The translations under genes and the position numbers were made by a program. Below are positions 34,929-44,421 of a DNA stretch of 64,000 nt, piece by piece. Below the pieces are notes generated by a model that did no database searches, was not told the DNA's origin, and saw nothing but the letters and a program-made list of their open reading frames with translations. How positions within the stretch are numbered: the first letter of the stretch is position 1; every line of letters starts with the position of its first letter. The stretch is from an uncultured virus (IMG/VR IMGVR_UViG_3300025610_000002) (taxonomy: Duplodnaviria; Heunggongvirae; Uroviricota; Caudoviricetes), in IMG/VR virus record IMGVR_UViG_3300025610_000002; one strand, 5' to 3'.

Positions 34929-35147
34929 ATGCCTTTAGGGGATTTGATGGGTTTCTCGGACTCCGACTACGCCTACAATCAGCAGAGAGCGCACTCTGCT
35001 GACATGTTCTTCATGAAGATGAGGTTCTATTTTTGGGGTTCTTGTGCCGTTCTCTCATCGTTCCTTATCGGGAACATCATGGGCGTCTTTGACTTGAATG
35101 TAGTGGGTTGGATGGTAGACGCATTTACAGGTCTTTGGGGGCATTGA
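34929..35147 (+). CDS. Small membrane protein
   Basis: FYFWGSCAVLSSFLIGNIMGVF TM segment and amphipathic C-terminus. Confidence 0.8.
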   Translation: MPLGDLMGFSDSDYAYNQQRAHSADMFFMKMRFYFWGSCAVLSSFLIGNIMGVFDLNVVGWMVDAFTGLWGH

Positions 35148-35148
35148 T

Positions 35149-35811
35149 ATGTCCCTTCTTACCGGCTTTGCGGTAGTCATTACAGAAGCCGCTATTGCCT
35201 TCTACAAGAAAATACACGCAATCAATTTCGGAGTTTACGGTGCTACAATGGTTGGAAAGACGACACTACATCATCAATTACGAACAAGAGGTGAGGTCGC
35301 TCAAATTAAAGAGCGAACAGTAGGCTTACACAGACCCACAAGAAAGGTCGTCAAGATTGATGGGGAAGCCCATACATTACGCACTTCCGATGTTGGAGGA
35401 GAGTCCATCTATTGGAAGGAATGGATGAAGGACATTAAATCTAGAAAGGTGAAATACATCATCTTCATGATTGACCACCGACACTTGGATAGTGGTGCTA
35501 ATCTAGACCATCAACTCGCATGGAAATTTCTTGTAGACGGTATTTGTTCAACGAGATGGCCTAACGGTAAGAAGAAAAAAGAAGAGGATTACCCCTTAGC
35601 GATTGGCCTTTGGGCAAACAAATACGACATTTGGGGTGAAAAGCACAAACATGATGGCGAGATTGGCGACCATCCTATCTTCAAACCGTTTCAATACGGA
35701 ATGCAAAAACTAAATGAACGAGGAATACCGACACATAAATACATAGTTTCGGCTAAATCGCAACCCGAAATGGTTTATCGTGGCGTTACAACGATGATTA
35801 AGGACTACTGA
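35149..35811 (+). CDS. Arf/Sar1-like small GTPase (Ras superfamily)
   Basis: G1 GATMVGKTT, G2 RTVG, G3 DVGGE, YIIFMID, G4 WANKYD, G5 VSAK; hydrophobic N-terminal helix. Confidence 0.9.
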   Translation: MSLLTGFAVVITEAAIAFYKKIHAINFGVYGATMVGKTTLHHQLRTRGEVAQIKERTVGLHRPTRKVVKIDGEAHTLRTSDVGGESIYWKEWMKDIKSRKVKYIIFMIDHRHLDSGANLDHQLAWKFLVDGICSTRWPNGKKKKEEDYPLAIGLWANKYDIWGEKHKHDGEIGDHPIFKPFQYGMQKLNERGIPTHKYIVSAKSQPEMVYRGVTTMIKDY

Positions 35812-36449
35812 TGAGCATGTTTCAACAACCGAATTTGATTGGCGCACAATCGGCGCAGACTACAAATCCATTCTTGCCTCCTTTGACGCAAGCAAGAGCG
35901 CCGGGTCCTGTAGAGGAATACCAATATCGGACGCTTAAGCCCAAAAAAAGGCTCAAGGAGATTCGCCAAGTTTTGATGGCCGAGAAGAAAAAATTTTTAT
36001 TTTTGAAATACAGTTGGAAGTTCAATCTTCGTGACCGTTGCGTTGTTTGTGGTGTGCATCATGTTTGGGATGCTGGTGATTATTTGCGGCCTCCTATCCC
36101 TCTTAGTCATGTGGAAAAGGGTCGTCCAATGAAGGGAACCTACTGTCCAAAACACGCCGGTATTCACAAGCAAATGGAAATGCTACAACAACAAATCATG
36201 GCTGAAGAACATGGTCTTGACTTTAAGGCGTTTATTCCAAAGCCTAGAGTTCCGCAAGTCTTATCAAAAGGGCCGCTAACCACATTATCACAGGCCGATA
36301 TAGTTTCGCTAACGGGCGCTGGATGGGTGATTACAAGACCTCAAACAAAGAAGGACGAAACCCCTCCCGAAGAAGTAGTGAGATTAAGCCAAGAGATGCG
36401 TAATTCATTGGAAAGAATGCAATTTTTGATTGAAGGAAAAGGTGAATGA
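35811..36449 (+). CDS. Zinc-finger protein
   Basis: CVVC...YCPKH; Pro/Gln-rich N-terminus; coupled to the GTPase gene. Confidence 0.8.
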   Translation: MSMFQQPNLIGAQSAQTTNPFLPPLTQARAPGPVEEYQYRTLKPKKRLKEIRQVLMAEKKKFLFLKYSWKFNLRDRCVVCGVHHVWDAGDYLRPPIPLSHVEKGRPMKGTYCPKHAGIHKQMEMLQQQIMAEEHGLDFKAFIPKPRVPQVLSKGPLTTLSQADIVSLTGAGWVITRPQTKKDETPPEEVVRLSQEMRNSLERMQFLIEGKGE

Positions 36450-36450
36450 A

Positions 36451-37119
36451 ATGGTATTTGGTCCTAGTAACAACGACATTGTGGGTGCTATTGGTGCTTC
36501 TCAAGAGTCGCAATTCAAAACGGTGAACAATCTCCTGTCCTTGCAGGACAACCATGTTGAAGAATTCTTCCAATATCACGGGCATAGATTTCTTACCTCT
36601 TTAGAGAAGTTAATGGAAGATGTAACGGAAAGAGTGGTTTCGCAAATGTTGGCTAAGTTGGAATTCATTCAAGATTCTACTACGGGTAAGATTACTGTTC
36701 ACCCCGATTGCCTTAGGGAATACGAGAAGATTACCCAAGAAAACATTCAGTTGGACATTAATTCTATTATGCAATCAGCCATTGATACTGAAGTCGTCAA
36801 TCAAAGAAAGATGGCCAAGCAACAATACCTTGAATCTCAAGGCTTTTCCTCCCCTCAAATGGGTGGCGGTCAAATGGCTGGCCCTACCGCTGGCATGGCT
36901 TTAGCAGGAGTGACCGGGAACACTCAACAATACCAACAAATGCAGGGTGCTATGAACAACGGTAGCGGATACCCGGTCCCCCCTAACGGAACCGATGGCT
37001 ACGGTCGCCCGTATTGGATTGATGCTCAAGGCCAAATGTCTTACGAACCTCCTTCAAGTGGGCTTCATTTAGGTGCGGCAATCCAAAAGGGTGCGGCTTG
37101 GGCTAAATGGTTAATGTGA
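36451..37119 (+). CDS. Helical protein with Gln/Gly/Pro low-complexity region and C-terminal amphipathic helix
   Basis: GGTGA RBS; ends LGAAIQKGAAWAKWLM. Confidence 0.85.
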   Translation: MVFGPSNNDIVGAIGASQESQFKTVNNLLSLQDNHVEEFFQYHGHRFLTSLEKLMEDVTERVVSQMLAKLEFIQDSTTGKITVHPDCLREYEKITQENIQLDINSIMQSAIDTEVVNQRKMAKQQYLESQGFSSPQMGGGQMAGPTAGMALAGVTGNTQQYQQMQGAMNNGSGYPVPPNGTDGYGRPYWIDAQGQMSYEPPSSGLHLGAAIQKGAAWAKWLM

Positions 37120-37130
37120 GTTGATTTGAT

Positions 37131-38462
37131 TTGGTTGAATACAAAGTCCAAATCGGCAACGCTATTCTAGACGCAACTGCGTTTGGTAAGAGTAAGATTG
37201 TCAAGAATATTTTTCAGTCCTATTTAGAAGGCTACACGCCCGGAGATAAGGACGAGGATTTTGATAATCAAATTGAAAAATTAGAGGTTGTCAATAGAGG
37301 AACGAGTTACGAAGACAATGTTAGACCCGTTTTAGAACTTCTAGATGAGGAACTTGAAAGATTAGAAACTAAAGATATTGGTAAAACTTCTATCAAGTTT
37401 GACAAGAAAAAATTTGCTCTTGATTCCTCGGAGGATGAAGAAGGTAAATCCTTCGCCATTGATACAGACCAATTTGATTTTTCCCTTAGAGATTTAACCG
37501 ACGATAGCAAAATCAATCAAATCCTAGGGTTCGGGGAATACACTAGAGAGTTTGAAGATTTAACTTCAGTTAAGGATATTACAAAGGAAATTAATGAAAG
37601 GCTAGATAGAAGTTTCCCAACTCTCTTCAACTATGTTCAAGAGAATTTAGTAGTGAAGAAAGAAGGAGAATCTACTGTTCTGTATTTTGATGATGGTGAT
37701 TTCACTATGAATGTCTTGAGAGAGTTTTCTCCTTCTCGCTTGTCTTTCAAGAGAGAGAAAGGTGGGTCTAAATCGGCTGAATTTTCTTCGTATTTGCGTT
37801 TGGTTGAATTAGAAGAGAAGGTTTCGGATTTCCGGGATACTCCTACGGAACTTGTAAAGGAGATTCAAAAGAGTTGGAGAAATGAATTCTACGAACTTTC
37901 CATTGAAGGAAAGAGAAACGAACTCCCAATTGCTCGTCTAAAGGATATTAAAGAAGGCAGTAGAGAAGCCGCAGAACTATTCATCAAGACTATTTTCAAT
38001 GGTGATAGGGCAATTAAAATCTTTAATGACGCCTACAATGTTTCCAATGAGATTGTTGATGTTAAGTTGACTTTCCCCAACGAAATATTGTGTGACCCGG
38101 AAGGAGAAACAGAAGGCGCTCAAGCATTCGCTAGTAGTGCCAAGGTTTTGGACGCCCCAATCATGGTGGAAAGAATTACTTCCGGAACCATGACTTGGAC
38201 CTCTACGGATAGACCCGGTATGGAAGGCTACATTAGAGATATTGACCCATACGATAGAGGCGCTAGAGTGGACGGCGAGAGAGTCAAGGTCATGGGAGAG
38301 TTACCTCCCTACTTCCCTCAAGGCATGACAAGAGGCGATTCGGAAAAGGTCATTGATATTCTTGAGGATTTCTTGTATTCAACTGCGGCCAATTATTTGG
38401 AGTTGAAAGAAGCAATTCAAGAAGCATTGGCGAAATTACCCGACACAACTGAGGAGGAGTAA
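37131..38462 (+). CDS. Acidic hypothetical protein (443 aa)
   Basis: Long ORF, TTG start; no motif recognised. Confidence 0.8.
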   Translation: MVEYKVQIGNAILDATAFGKSKIVKNIFQSYLEGYTPGDKDEDFDNQIEKLEVVNRGTSYEDNVRPVLELLDEELERLETKDIGKTSIKFDKKKFALDSSEDEEGKSFAIDTDQFDFSLRDLTDDSKINQILGFGEYTREFEDLTSVKDITKEINERLDRSFPTLFNYVQENLVVKKEGESTVLYFDDGDFTMNVLREFSPSRLSFKREKGGSKSAEFSSYLRLVELEEKVSDFRDTPTELVKEIQKSWRNEFYELSIEGKRNELPIARLKDIKEGSREAAELFIKTIFNGDRAIKIFNDAYNVSNEIVDVKLTFPNEILCDPEGETEGAQAFASSAKVLDAPIMVERITSGTMTWTSTDRPGMEGYIRDIDPYDRGARVDGERVKVMGELPPYFPQGMTRGDSEKVIDILEDFLYSTAANYLELKEAIQEALAKLPDTTEEE

Positions 38463-38464
38463 CT

Positions 38465-39586
38465 TTGCCTGTATCATCATCCCCAAGCGACTACACCAAC
38501 ATTGATGTTGACTACTCGCAAGGAAAGGGCTACTACACGGACAAATCTGCTATTGCAGACCTCCTGCAAATCCCTGCCTTTACTTCAGTTACCAATCCTA
38601 CTGATGCTCAGATTGGTAGTATTATCAAGCGTGTAGAGGGGATAATTGACGATAAAGTAGGGCGTTCTTACAGACCAATTATTTGGAAGGACGAGTTTAG
38701 GGATTTTGAATTTACTCGCCATCCTATTCAATCCTATTACGGCGGGTATGTTGGATTTGTCCAACTCAATCAAATGAAGATTAGAAAGATTATCAGTTTG
38801 CAAGTTTGGGAAGGCAACAACTACAGAGAGTTAGCCTCTGCTCAAGCCAGCATTGATTTGGATACGAGCGGCTACAACAACATCAATACGATTACCATTC
38901 AGTTACCCAATTCCGGTGACTCTTGGGTGTTGAAATACAACGGGCATACTGACGCTCCTGCCGCTTCTGCTTCTTTTAATTCCTCCTTTGGTGCAAAGAC
39001 CACGGCCAAAGAAATCGCCGCACTCATCAATGAAGAGTTCCCCTCCAAGACGGCTCAGTTTACAGGAGCAACTACAGAGAAGGCGCTTCTCTCTACTCCC
39101 AATTCCTACAACATCTCGGACTTTTTCTACGCCTACACCGACAAACAGGACGGAACGAAGATTCACATTTCTAGTCTGTTGGAGGGAGAAGATGGCTCCG
39201 ACTGCACTATTACAGTTGCAGACCAAGCAGGAAAGGATTCGTCAACTACGGTTGAAGACTTTACTGATAAACAAGAGATGCGTCGTCTTGGTGATTTTTG
39301 GACGATGGACAACGATGGTAGAATCTTCTTCCTCAAGCGTTATCCTTACCACAACAAGAATTCAGTCATTGTCAACTTTATTGCCGGTGATGGTCGTGTT
39401 CCTTCTGCTATCCACGAAGCGGCTACGAAACTTGTAGCGGCTGAGATTCTTCGCCACGACGACCAAACCATTCTCATTGCCGAAACGGGAGCCAATATCT
39501 CTACCAAAGAGAAGTATGACATTCTGCGAAAGGAAGCAATGGAGATTCTTGACGGCAAGAAGGACCTTGTGTATTTGATTGATTGA
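38465..39586 (+). CDS. Putative head-tail adaptor with a large insertion
   Basis: IKRVEGIIDDKVGRSY and V.V.FIAG..RVPSAIHEAATKLVA ends resemble gp15/gp6-type adaptors; position before tail genes. Confidence 0.65.
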   Translation: MPVSSSPSDYTNIDVDYSQGKGYYTDKSAIADLLQIPAFTSVTNPTDAQIGSIIKRVEGIIDDKVGRSYRPIIWKDEFRDFEFTRHPIQSYYGGYVGFVQLNQMKIRKIISLQVWEGNNYRELASAQASIDLDTSGYNNINTITIQLPNSGDSWVLKYNGHTDAPAASASFNSSFGAKTTAKEIAALINEEFPSKTAQFTGATTEKALLSTPNSYNISDFFYAYTDKQDGTKIHISSLLEGEDGSDCTITVADQAGKDSSTTVEDFTDKQEMRRLGDFWTMDNDGRIFFLKRYPYHNKNSVIVNFIAGDGRVPSAIHEAATKLVAAEILRHDDQTILIAETGANISTKEKYDILRKEAMEILDGKKDLVYLID

Positions 39587-39587
39587 T

Positions 39588-39800
39588 ATGTCATTTCAAG
39601 ACGCAAAGAAAATCTTTGAGCGTTTTTTGGAGAGGGAAAAAGAGAGAAACATACAGATGTTGGAACTCTCTAGACTGCTTGGTGTTGATTTTACCTTTTC
39701 CAACGAAGAAATGATAAAGCAGGCAGAAGAGGCATTTGTAGCGCACATGGAGTTAGAAGTGCAGAAGATGATTGAGGGGGCTTTAGATGGACGAGGTTAG
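39588..39800 (+). CDS. Small hypothetical protein
   Basis: 70-aa helical ORF between connector genes. Confidence 0.65.
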   Translation: MSFQDAKKIFERFLEREKERNIQMLELSRLLGVDFTFSNEEMIKQAEEAFVAHMELEVQKMIEGALDGRG

Positions 39801-40293
39801 TTTGGTTATTGACTTGCTTGATACCCAATGGTCAACTTCTGCAACTTCGCTTGTCAATGATGGAGTCATTGATGTTTCACATTCGGCTAAACCCAATCTC
39901 ATTGATGTTCGCTCATTGGAAAAGAACAAGGGTGTGAGGTATGACCTCTCTTCTAAAGATGTGATTATTGTGTTTGAGGACTCAAATGAAATCATCTATC
40001 CTACTCTTTTCTACGATACTCGTAGAGAGGTGTTCAATTTCACGCTTCACATTAGGACGGTGCATGATGAACGAGGCGCTACAGATGCCGATTTCGGAAA
40101 AGACAGGCTAAGGGCTTTATACTTGATAACCCGTCACGCAATTGAGAGCAATCGTAGGGGGTATGAGTCTTCGGATAATTCGTGTTTCAATCAACTCTAT
40201 TTCGGTTCACGAAGCGAGTCAAATGACAGAGCAAAACGATTATTCGGATACAAAATCAACCTCACGGCAAATCGGCGCTCATTACTCCCCTAG
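39787..40293 (+). CDS. Putative tail terminator/completion protein
   Basis: 168 aa, directly upstream of the tail tube; alpha/beta pattern; call is positional. Confidence 0.55.
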   Translation: MDEVSLVIDLLDTQWSTSATSLVNDGVIDVSHSAKPNLIDVRSLEKNKGVRYDLSSKDVIIVFEDSNEIIYPTLFYDTRREVFNFTLHIRTVHDERGATDADFGKDRLRALYLITRHAIESNRRGYESSDNSCFNQLYFGSRSESNDRAKRLFGYKINLTANRRSLLP

Positions 40294-40317
40294 GGTTTGT
40301 TTGTAGGAAGTGGGATT

Positions 40318-42288
40318 ATGGCAAGACCAAATATATTTTTAGGAAGCGGTGCATCGGTAACTTTTGTTCCCGAAGTGGATATTTATTTGAAGCCTACCTC
40401 TTTGAACGCAGATAAAAATGAACTCCTTATCCATTCGGATTTTACTGCTAACTTTGACTTGGTTAATGACCTGTATGTGGGTTGTGTTTTAGAGTTCTAC
40501 GATAATGGAACGCTTACAACCACTCACAGAATTACTTCCAATACCGGGACGAGGATTACCTTTCACCCCGCACAAACAGGAATTACTTTGGATACGACAA
40601 ATGATTACTACAGGCTCAAGGGATATGGTGCGCCTTGTCCCGCTAAAAAAGTCCTAGGTGGCTCAAACATTTACACCGCAGAAGTCACCAATTTTACCTT
40701 TGCTAGCGATACTAAAACGGACTATAGCGGGGATTGGATTTACTTCCACGAAATTCAAACAAGCGATGCGGGGGCAGAAAGAGCAGTTGTTGTTTGGTGG
40801 AATACTACAGGAGCCGAAACCGTTCCTAGTCATGGATTAGCAGGCACTCCTCTTGTTGTAGAAGTTGATATTTCCGACTCCGGACTTACCACTCAAGAAG
40901 AATACATTGCGGCTACTGTTGCGGCTATCAATGCAGAAAGTGTGGACTTAACCGCTAGTAGAAGCAACAACATTTTGATTATCACCAATACTTATGGTGG
41001 ACCCACTACTGATGCAAACTCTAGTAATGCGAGCCACATTACACATGAAACCGCTACGCAAGGTTCTACTGTTCTCTCGTCTTCTACTGCCAAAAAACTC
41101 AACTCGGACAATTGGTTAGGTATCGTTGAGTCTTTGACTTTCCCTAGTGTTGATGTTGAATTCAAACAACAGAACCTCTTTGTTGGTGGTAGTCGTAACT
41201 ATACCTACCAATACAAGGGGATTGAAACGGCAGGAAACGCCAGCATCGGCATTGTTGCAAATCATGGTGCTTGGCTTTACTATTTCTTCGGCAAGTGTGA
41301 TTCTATCTCCGCAACTCTTCTTTCTTCCACGAATCCGGCGAGTGATTTCGCAGGCGCACTTACCGGTGAAAACAAGTTTTACCTTAACGGTGCTTCAATT
41401 ACTGACACCGGGCCTCTCTTCTATCGTAGCATTGACAACGAAATGACTCCTCCCGTTCTTAGAGGACAAGATACCTATACGGACTTACAACAATTGGACC
41501 CCCCTACTATTGACGCTGATGGCCATATCACCAAAGCCATCACTTACACCTTTACCGAACAGGAGGGCGACGACTTGCCTTCTTTCGCTCTTGAACAGGT
41601 CTTCTCTAAGTTGCCAAGTTCAAACACTTACAGAACCAGCACGGACAACGACAACGAAGACACCAACTTCGTTCTCATTGCTACAGGGAACAGAGTCAAC
41701 ACTCTTACCATGACTGCTAACGAGAATGAAGAACTGAAAATGACGATGGATTGCATGCCTCGCAAGGTTCACAACTTGGAAAAAACCGAATCCTATGAGG
41801 CTAGAAGAGGCGTTACAAACGAAACCGAATTCATCAACTACTATAGTGAAGATGCTTGTTTGGAACCATTCTTCTTCTCTAGTGGTTCCATTAGTATGTT
41901 TGGTCAAGACTTCATGAGAATTACAAACTTTACCTTGACTATGAACAATACCTTGACGGATAAGCGATTTATTGGTATTGGTAGCAAGACCGTAAAGGAT
42001 GCTATTCCTGCTCAAAGAACTTACGAGTTGACCTTCTCCGCTCTCGTTACTGACGATATGTTGTTCAATGAATTGAAGAATCAACACGAAACTACAGGAA
42101 CGGTAATTGACCTTATCTTTGACAAGGGTAGCGAAGAACAAATCCGATTGAAGTTTGACGACTACTTCTTGACGACGAACACTTGGCCAATTCCCGAAGA
42201 CAAGGGGGCCGTGACTGTTGAGGCAACCATTATCCCACGCTCTTTGAGTTCTTGCACGGTCAAGACTCATTGGATTTTGCAGGGGTGA
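40318..42288 (+). CDS. Major tail (tube) protein with inserted domains
   Basis: DLPSFALEQ, GNRVNTLTM, PFFFSSGSI, ITNFTLTMNNTL, AQRTYELTF resemble tail-tube proteins; followed by chaperones and tape measure. Confidence 0.75.
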   Translation: MARPNIFLGSGASVTFVPEVDIYLKPTSLNADKNELLIHSDFTANFDLVNDLYVGCVLEFYDNGTLTTTHRITSNTGTRITFHPAQTGITLDTTNDYYRLKGYGAPCPAKKVLGGSNIYTAEVTNFTFASDTKTDYSGDWIYFHEIQTSDAGAERAVVVWWNTTGAETVPSHGLAGTPLVVEVDISDSGLTTQEEYIAATVAAINAESVDLTASRSNNILIITNTYGGPTTDANSSNASHITHETATQGSTVLSSSTAKKLNSDNWLGIVESLTFPSVDVEFKQQNLFVGGSRNYTYQYKGIETAGNASIGIVANHGAWLYYFFGKCDSISATLLSSTNPASDFAGALTGENKFYLNGASITDTGPLFYRSIDNEMTPPVLRGQDTYTDLQQLDPPTIDADGHITKAITYTFTEQEGDDLPSFALEQVFSKLPSSNTYRTSTDNDNEDTNFVLIATGNRVNTLTMTANENEELKMTMDCMPRKVHNLEKTESYEARRGVTNETEFINYYSEDACLEPFFFSSGSISMFGQDFMRITNFTLTMNNTLTDKRFIGIGSKTVKDAIPAQRTYELTFSALVTDDMLFNELKNQHETTGTVIDLIFDKGSEEQIRLKFDDYFLTTNTWPIPEDKGAVTVEATIIPRSLSSCTVKTHWILQG

Positions 42289-42292
42289 TACC

Positions 42293-42454
42293 TTGACGAC
42301 CGTTCAAGGAAAAGACCGCTACACAAAGATGCAGGAATACCGTGAGCGTCTTGAGCGTGAACGGCAGGAGCAAGCGGCGAAACCTGCTCCAAAAAAGAGG
42401 GGGCGAAAGCCCAAAGTTGTCAAGGAGGAAGCCGTGGACACGGACTCCGAGTGA
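42293..42454 (+). CDS. Small charged protein with AT-hook-like KKRGRKPK (53 aa)
   Basis: Manual translation; GGGGTGA RBS before TTG. Confidence 0.6.
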   Translation: MTTVQGKDRYTKMQEYRERLERERQEQAAKPAPKKRGRKPKVVKEEAVDTDSE

Positions 42455-42505
42455 TACATTCCACCAACATTGTTTGTTTGTTGGTTTTATGAAGGTGGAA
42501 GAAAC

Positions 42506-42862
42506 ATGAATACTGTAAAAGATAAATCGGTGCTTTTTGCACACACAGAAGAGAAGTGCTACGAACTACAAGTAGCGCCACAAAGTGACGAATGCCTCAA
42601 GGTTTGGGTTAGAGAACCCACTTGGCTTGAAGTTGAGCAAGCCCTTACAACTTTGATGAAGATTGATGCAAAGAAGCAAGACATGGGGATTGACCTCAAC
42701 GCTATGTATCGCTATCTCGTTGAAAAGTTCGTCACAAGAACCGAACCTAGTTTGACTACAATTGAACTTATCCGACTCAATCCCTTTATTGGGAATCAAT
42801 TAAAGGAAGTCTTGCCTAATCCTTTAGCCATCTTTGAGGAGAACGAGGAAAAAAACGAGTGA
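42506..42862 (+). CDS. Tail assembly chaperone (lambda gpG-like)
   Basis: Between tube and tape measure; ends on slippery A-AAA-AAC. Confidence 0.75.
   Translation: MNTVKDKSVLFAHTEEKCYELQVAPQSDECLKVWVREPTWLEVEQALTTLMKIDAKKQDMGIDLNAMYRYLVEKFVTRTEPSLTTIELIRLNPFIGNQLKEVLPNPLAIFEENEEKNE
42850..42856 (+). promoter_or_regulatory. -1 programmed ribosomal frameshift site A AAA AAC
   Basis: X XXY YYZ heptamer in the correct phase; the -1 frame continues CGA GTG ATG AGA into ORF 42859-43071. Confidence 0.8.
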
Positions 42863-43071
42863 TGAGAGATGCGGTTAGAAGAGGGCCAAAAGACCCTCAA
42901 ACTGCTTCTCTCATGATTACCTACACTCTTAGCAAAGCCTTAGCCATTAGCCCTATAGAAATCATGAAAATGCCTGCTACAATGGTTATGGACTTCCTAT
43001 ACATACATCGGAACTTTGAAGAATTGAAGGCTGATACAATAGAACAGGAAATGAAGAAGGTGAAGAAGTGA
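42859..43071 (+). CDS. Frameshift extension of the tail chaperone (gpT-like)
   Basis: In the -1 frame of the upstream ORF; LAISPIEIMKMP pattern. Confidence 0.7.
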   Translation: MMRDAVRRGPKDPQTASLMITYTLSKALAISPIEIMKMPATMVMDFLYIHRNFEELKADTIEQEMKKVKK

Positions 43072-44417
43072 GTGATGTAATCCGTCAAGCATCCGATGAG
43101 GCTACCCGTGCGGCTTCTGTTTTTACTGAACTTTCTAGAGCAATCGGAAATACCGATTACTCGGCTGAACAATTCAATGGCCGGATGCAAGGCTTTGCTA
43201 AAGTAATGGCCTACACTAACAAGATTGGATACGCAACTCTACCGTTTTACTTTCGTCTTAAAAACAGAGTTGAAACGAGCCTATTGGCTATTGGTAAATT
43301 TTCTGAAGCATTGAAGGGACAAAACGACCAAGTGGGGCTTTTGGGTAAATCATTCAAGGCTCTAGGAAGCCAATACCAAAAGGCAAAATCAATCTTGGGT
43401 CCTTCGTTCTCTAGAACACTACGAACTTCTCAAGATAGAATGAGGCCACCGCAATACGACACATCGGTATCGCAAAAAAGCAAAAAACAAATGGCGATGG
43501 AATCTTTAGATTATTTGTCATTTGGACTTGCAGGAAAAAGTGCTAAGTTGGGCGCATCCATTATGGGATTCATAAAAATGCAAAATAAGGGTAGAGTGTT
43601 TAATCAAAAATTATACAAGATAGGAGCAAAAGCCAATGAGAAGGTAAACGAATACTATACTAAAATCAAAGGCGTTCCGGTTAGAAAAATAATGCTAAGT
43701 TTAGGTTCTTTCTTGTTATTCGGTCTAAAAGCCTTAATTATTCTGACTTTAGCAATGACCGCATTGATTATTTTATTCAAGAGTAAGGCGGTTCAAAATA
43801 CCGTCCGAAGAATTATGGATATACTAATGGAGGTTGGTTCTGTCATCTTTGATGCATTGAAGACGGTCTTTGACGGATTTATGCTCATCTTCAAGGCTCT
43901 GATGGGCGGAGAGGGCTTCATGAAATCTCTAGGGATGGCTCTAAAGGGATTGGGTAAAATTTTCTTTGGGATTCTCAAGGGCCTATTTGGAGTTGCATTC
44001 GTAGTTTTGAAGGGATTGTTGAAGGTTGTAATTGGGGCCATCTACGATGTTGGGTCATATATTGTCCAAGGGTTAGCGAATGCATTTGGTTTCGTGGCTA
44101 AGGCTGGTAAATTTATAGGGAATATTATGATGCCCGGAACTCCTTTTGCAATGGCGAGAGGAGGTGTTTCTTCCGGGGGTATGACTCTTGTAGGAGAAGA
44201 AGGACCGGAACTTGTGCGGCTCCCTACCGGTGCTAGAGTTTACTCAAATCAACAATCTAGGAGAATGGCTACCGGGACTACGAACAACATCACGGTAAAT
44301 GTCCAAGGACGCATTGGTGCTTCCGATACGGAACTACGACAAATTGCTTCTAAGATTGGTCAAATGATAAACAAAGAAGTGAACAGAACGACTTCTTCTA
44401 GAGGGACCTTGGGGTGA
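43068..44417 (+). CDS. Tail tape measure protein
   Basis: Helical, hydrophobic repeats; C-terminal MARGGV..GGMTLVGEEGPELV motif; follows the chaperone pair. Confidence 0.85.
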   Translation: MSDVIRQASDEATRAASVFTELSRAIGNTDYSAEQFNGRMQGFAKVMAYTNKIGYATLPFYFRLKNRVETSLLAIGKFSEALKGQNDQVGLLGKSFKALGSQYQKAKSILGPSFSRTLRTSQDRMRPPQYDTSVSQKSKKQMAMESLDYLSFGLAGKSAKLGASIMGFIKMQNKGRVFNQKLYKIGAKANEKVNEYYTKIKGVPVRKIMLSLGSFLLFGLKALIILTLAMTALIILFKSKAVQNTVRRIMDILMEVGSVIFDALKTVFDGFMLIFKALMGGEGFMKSLGMALKGLGKIFFGILKGLFGVAFVVLKGLLKVVIGAIYDVGSYIVQGLANAFGFVAKAGKFIGNIMMPGTPFAMARGGVSSGGMTLVGEEGPELVRLPTGARVYSNQQSRRMATGTTNNITVNVQGRIGASDTELRQIASKIGQMINKEVNRTTSSRGTLG

Positions 44418-44421
44418 TTAA

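Noticed and set aside
40318..42288. Contractile tail sheath
   Set aside because: C-terminal motifs are tube-like and the gene is followed directly by the chaperone/frameshift pair and tape measure, with no separate tube or baseplate wedge genes
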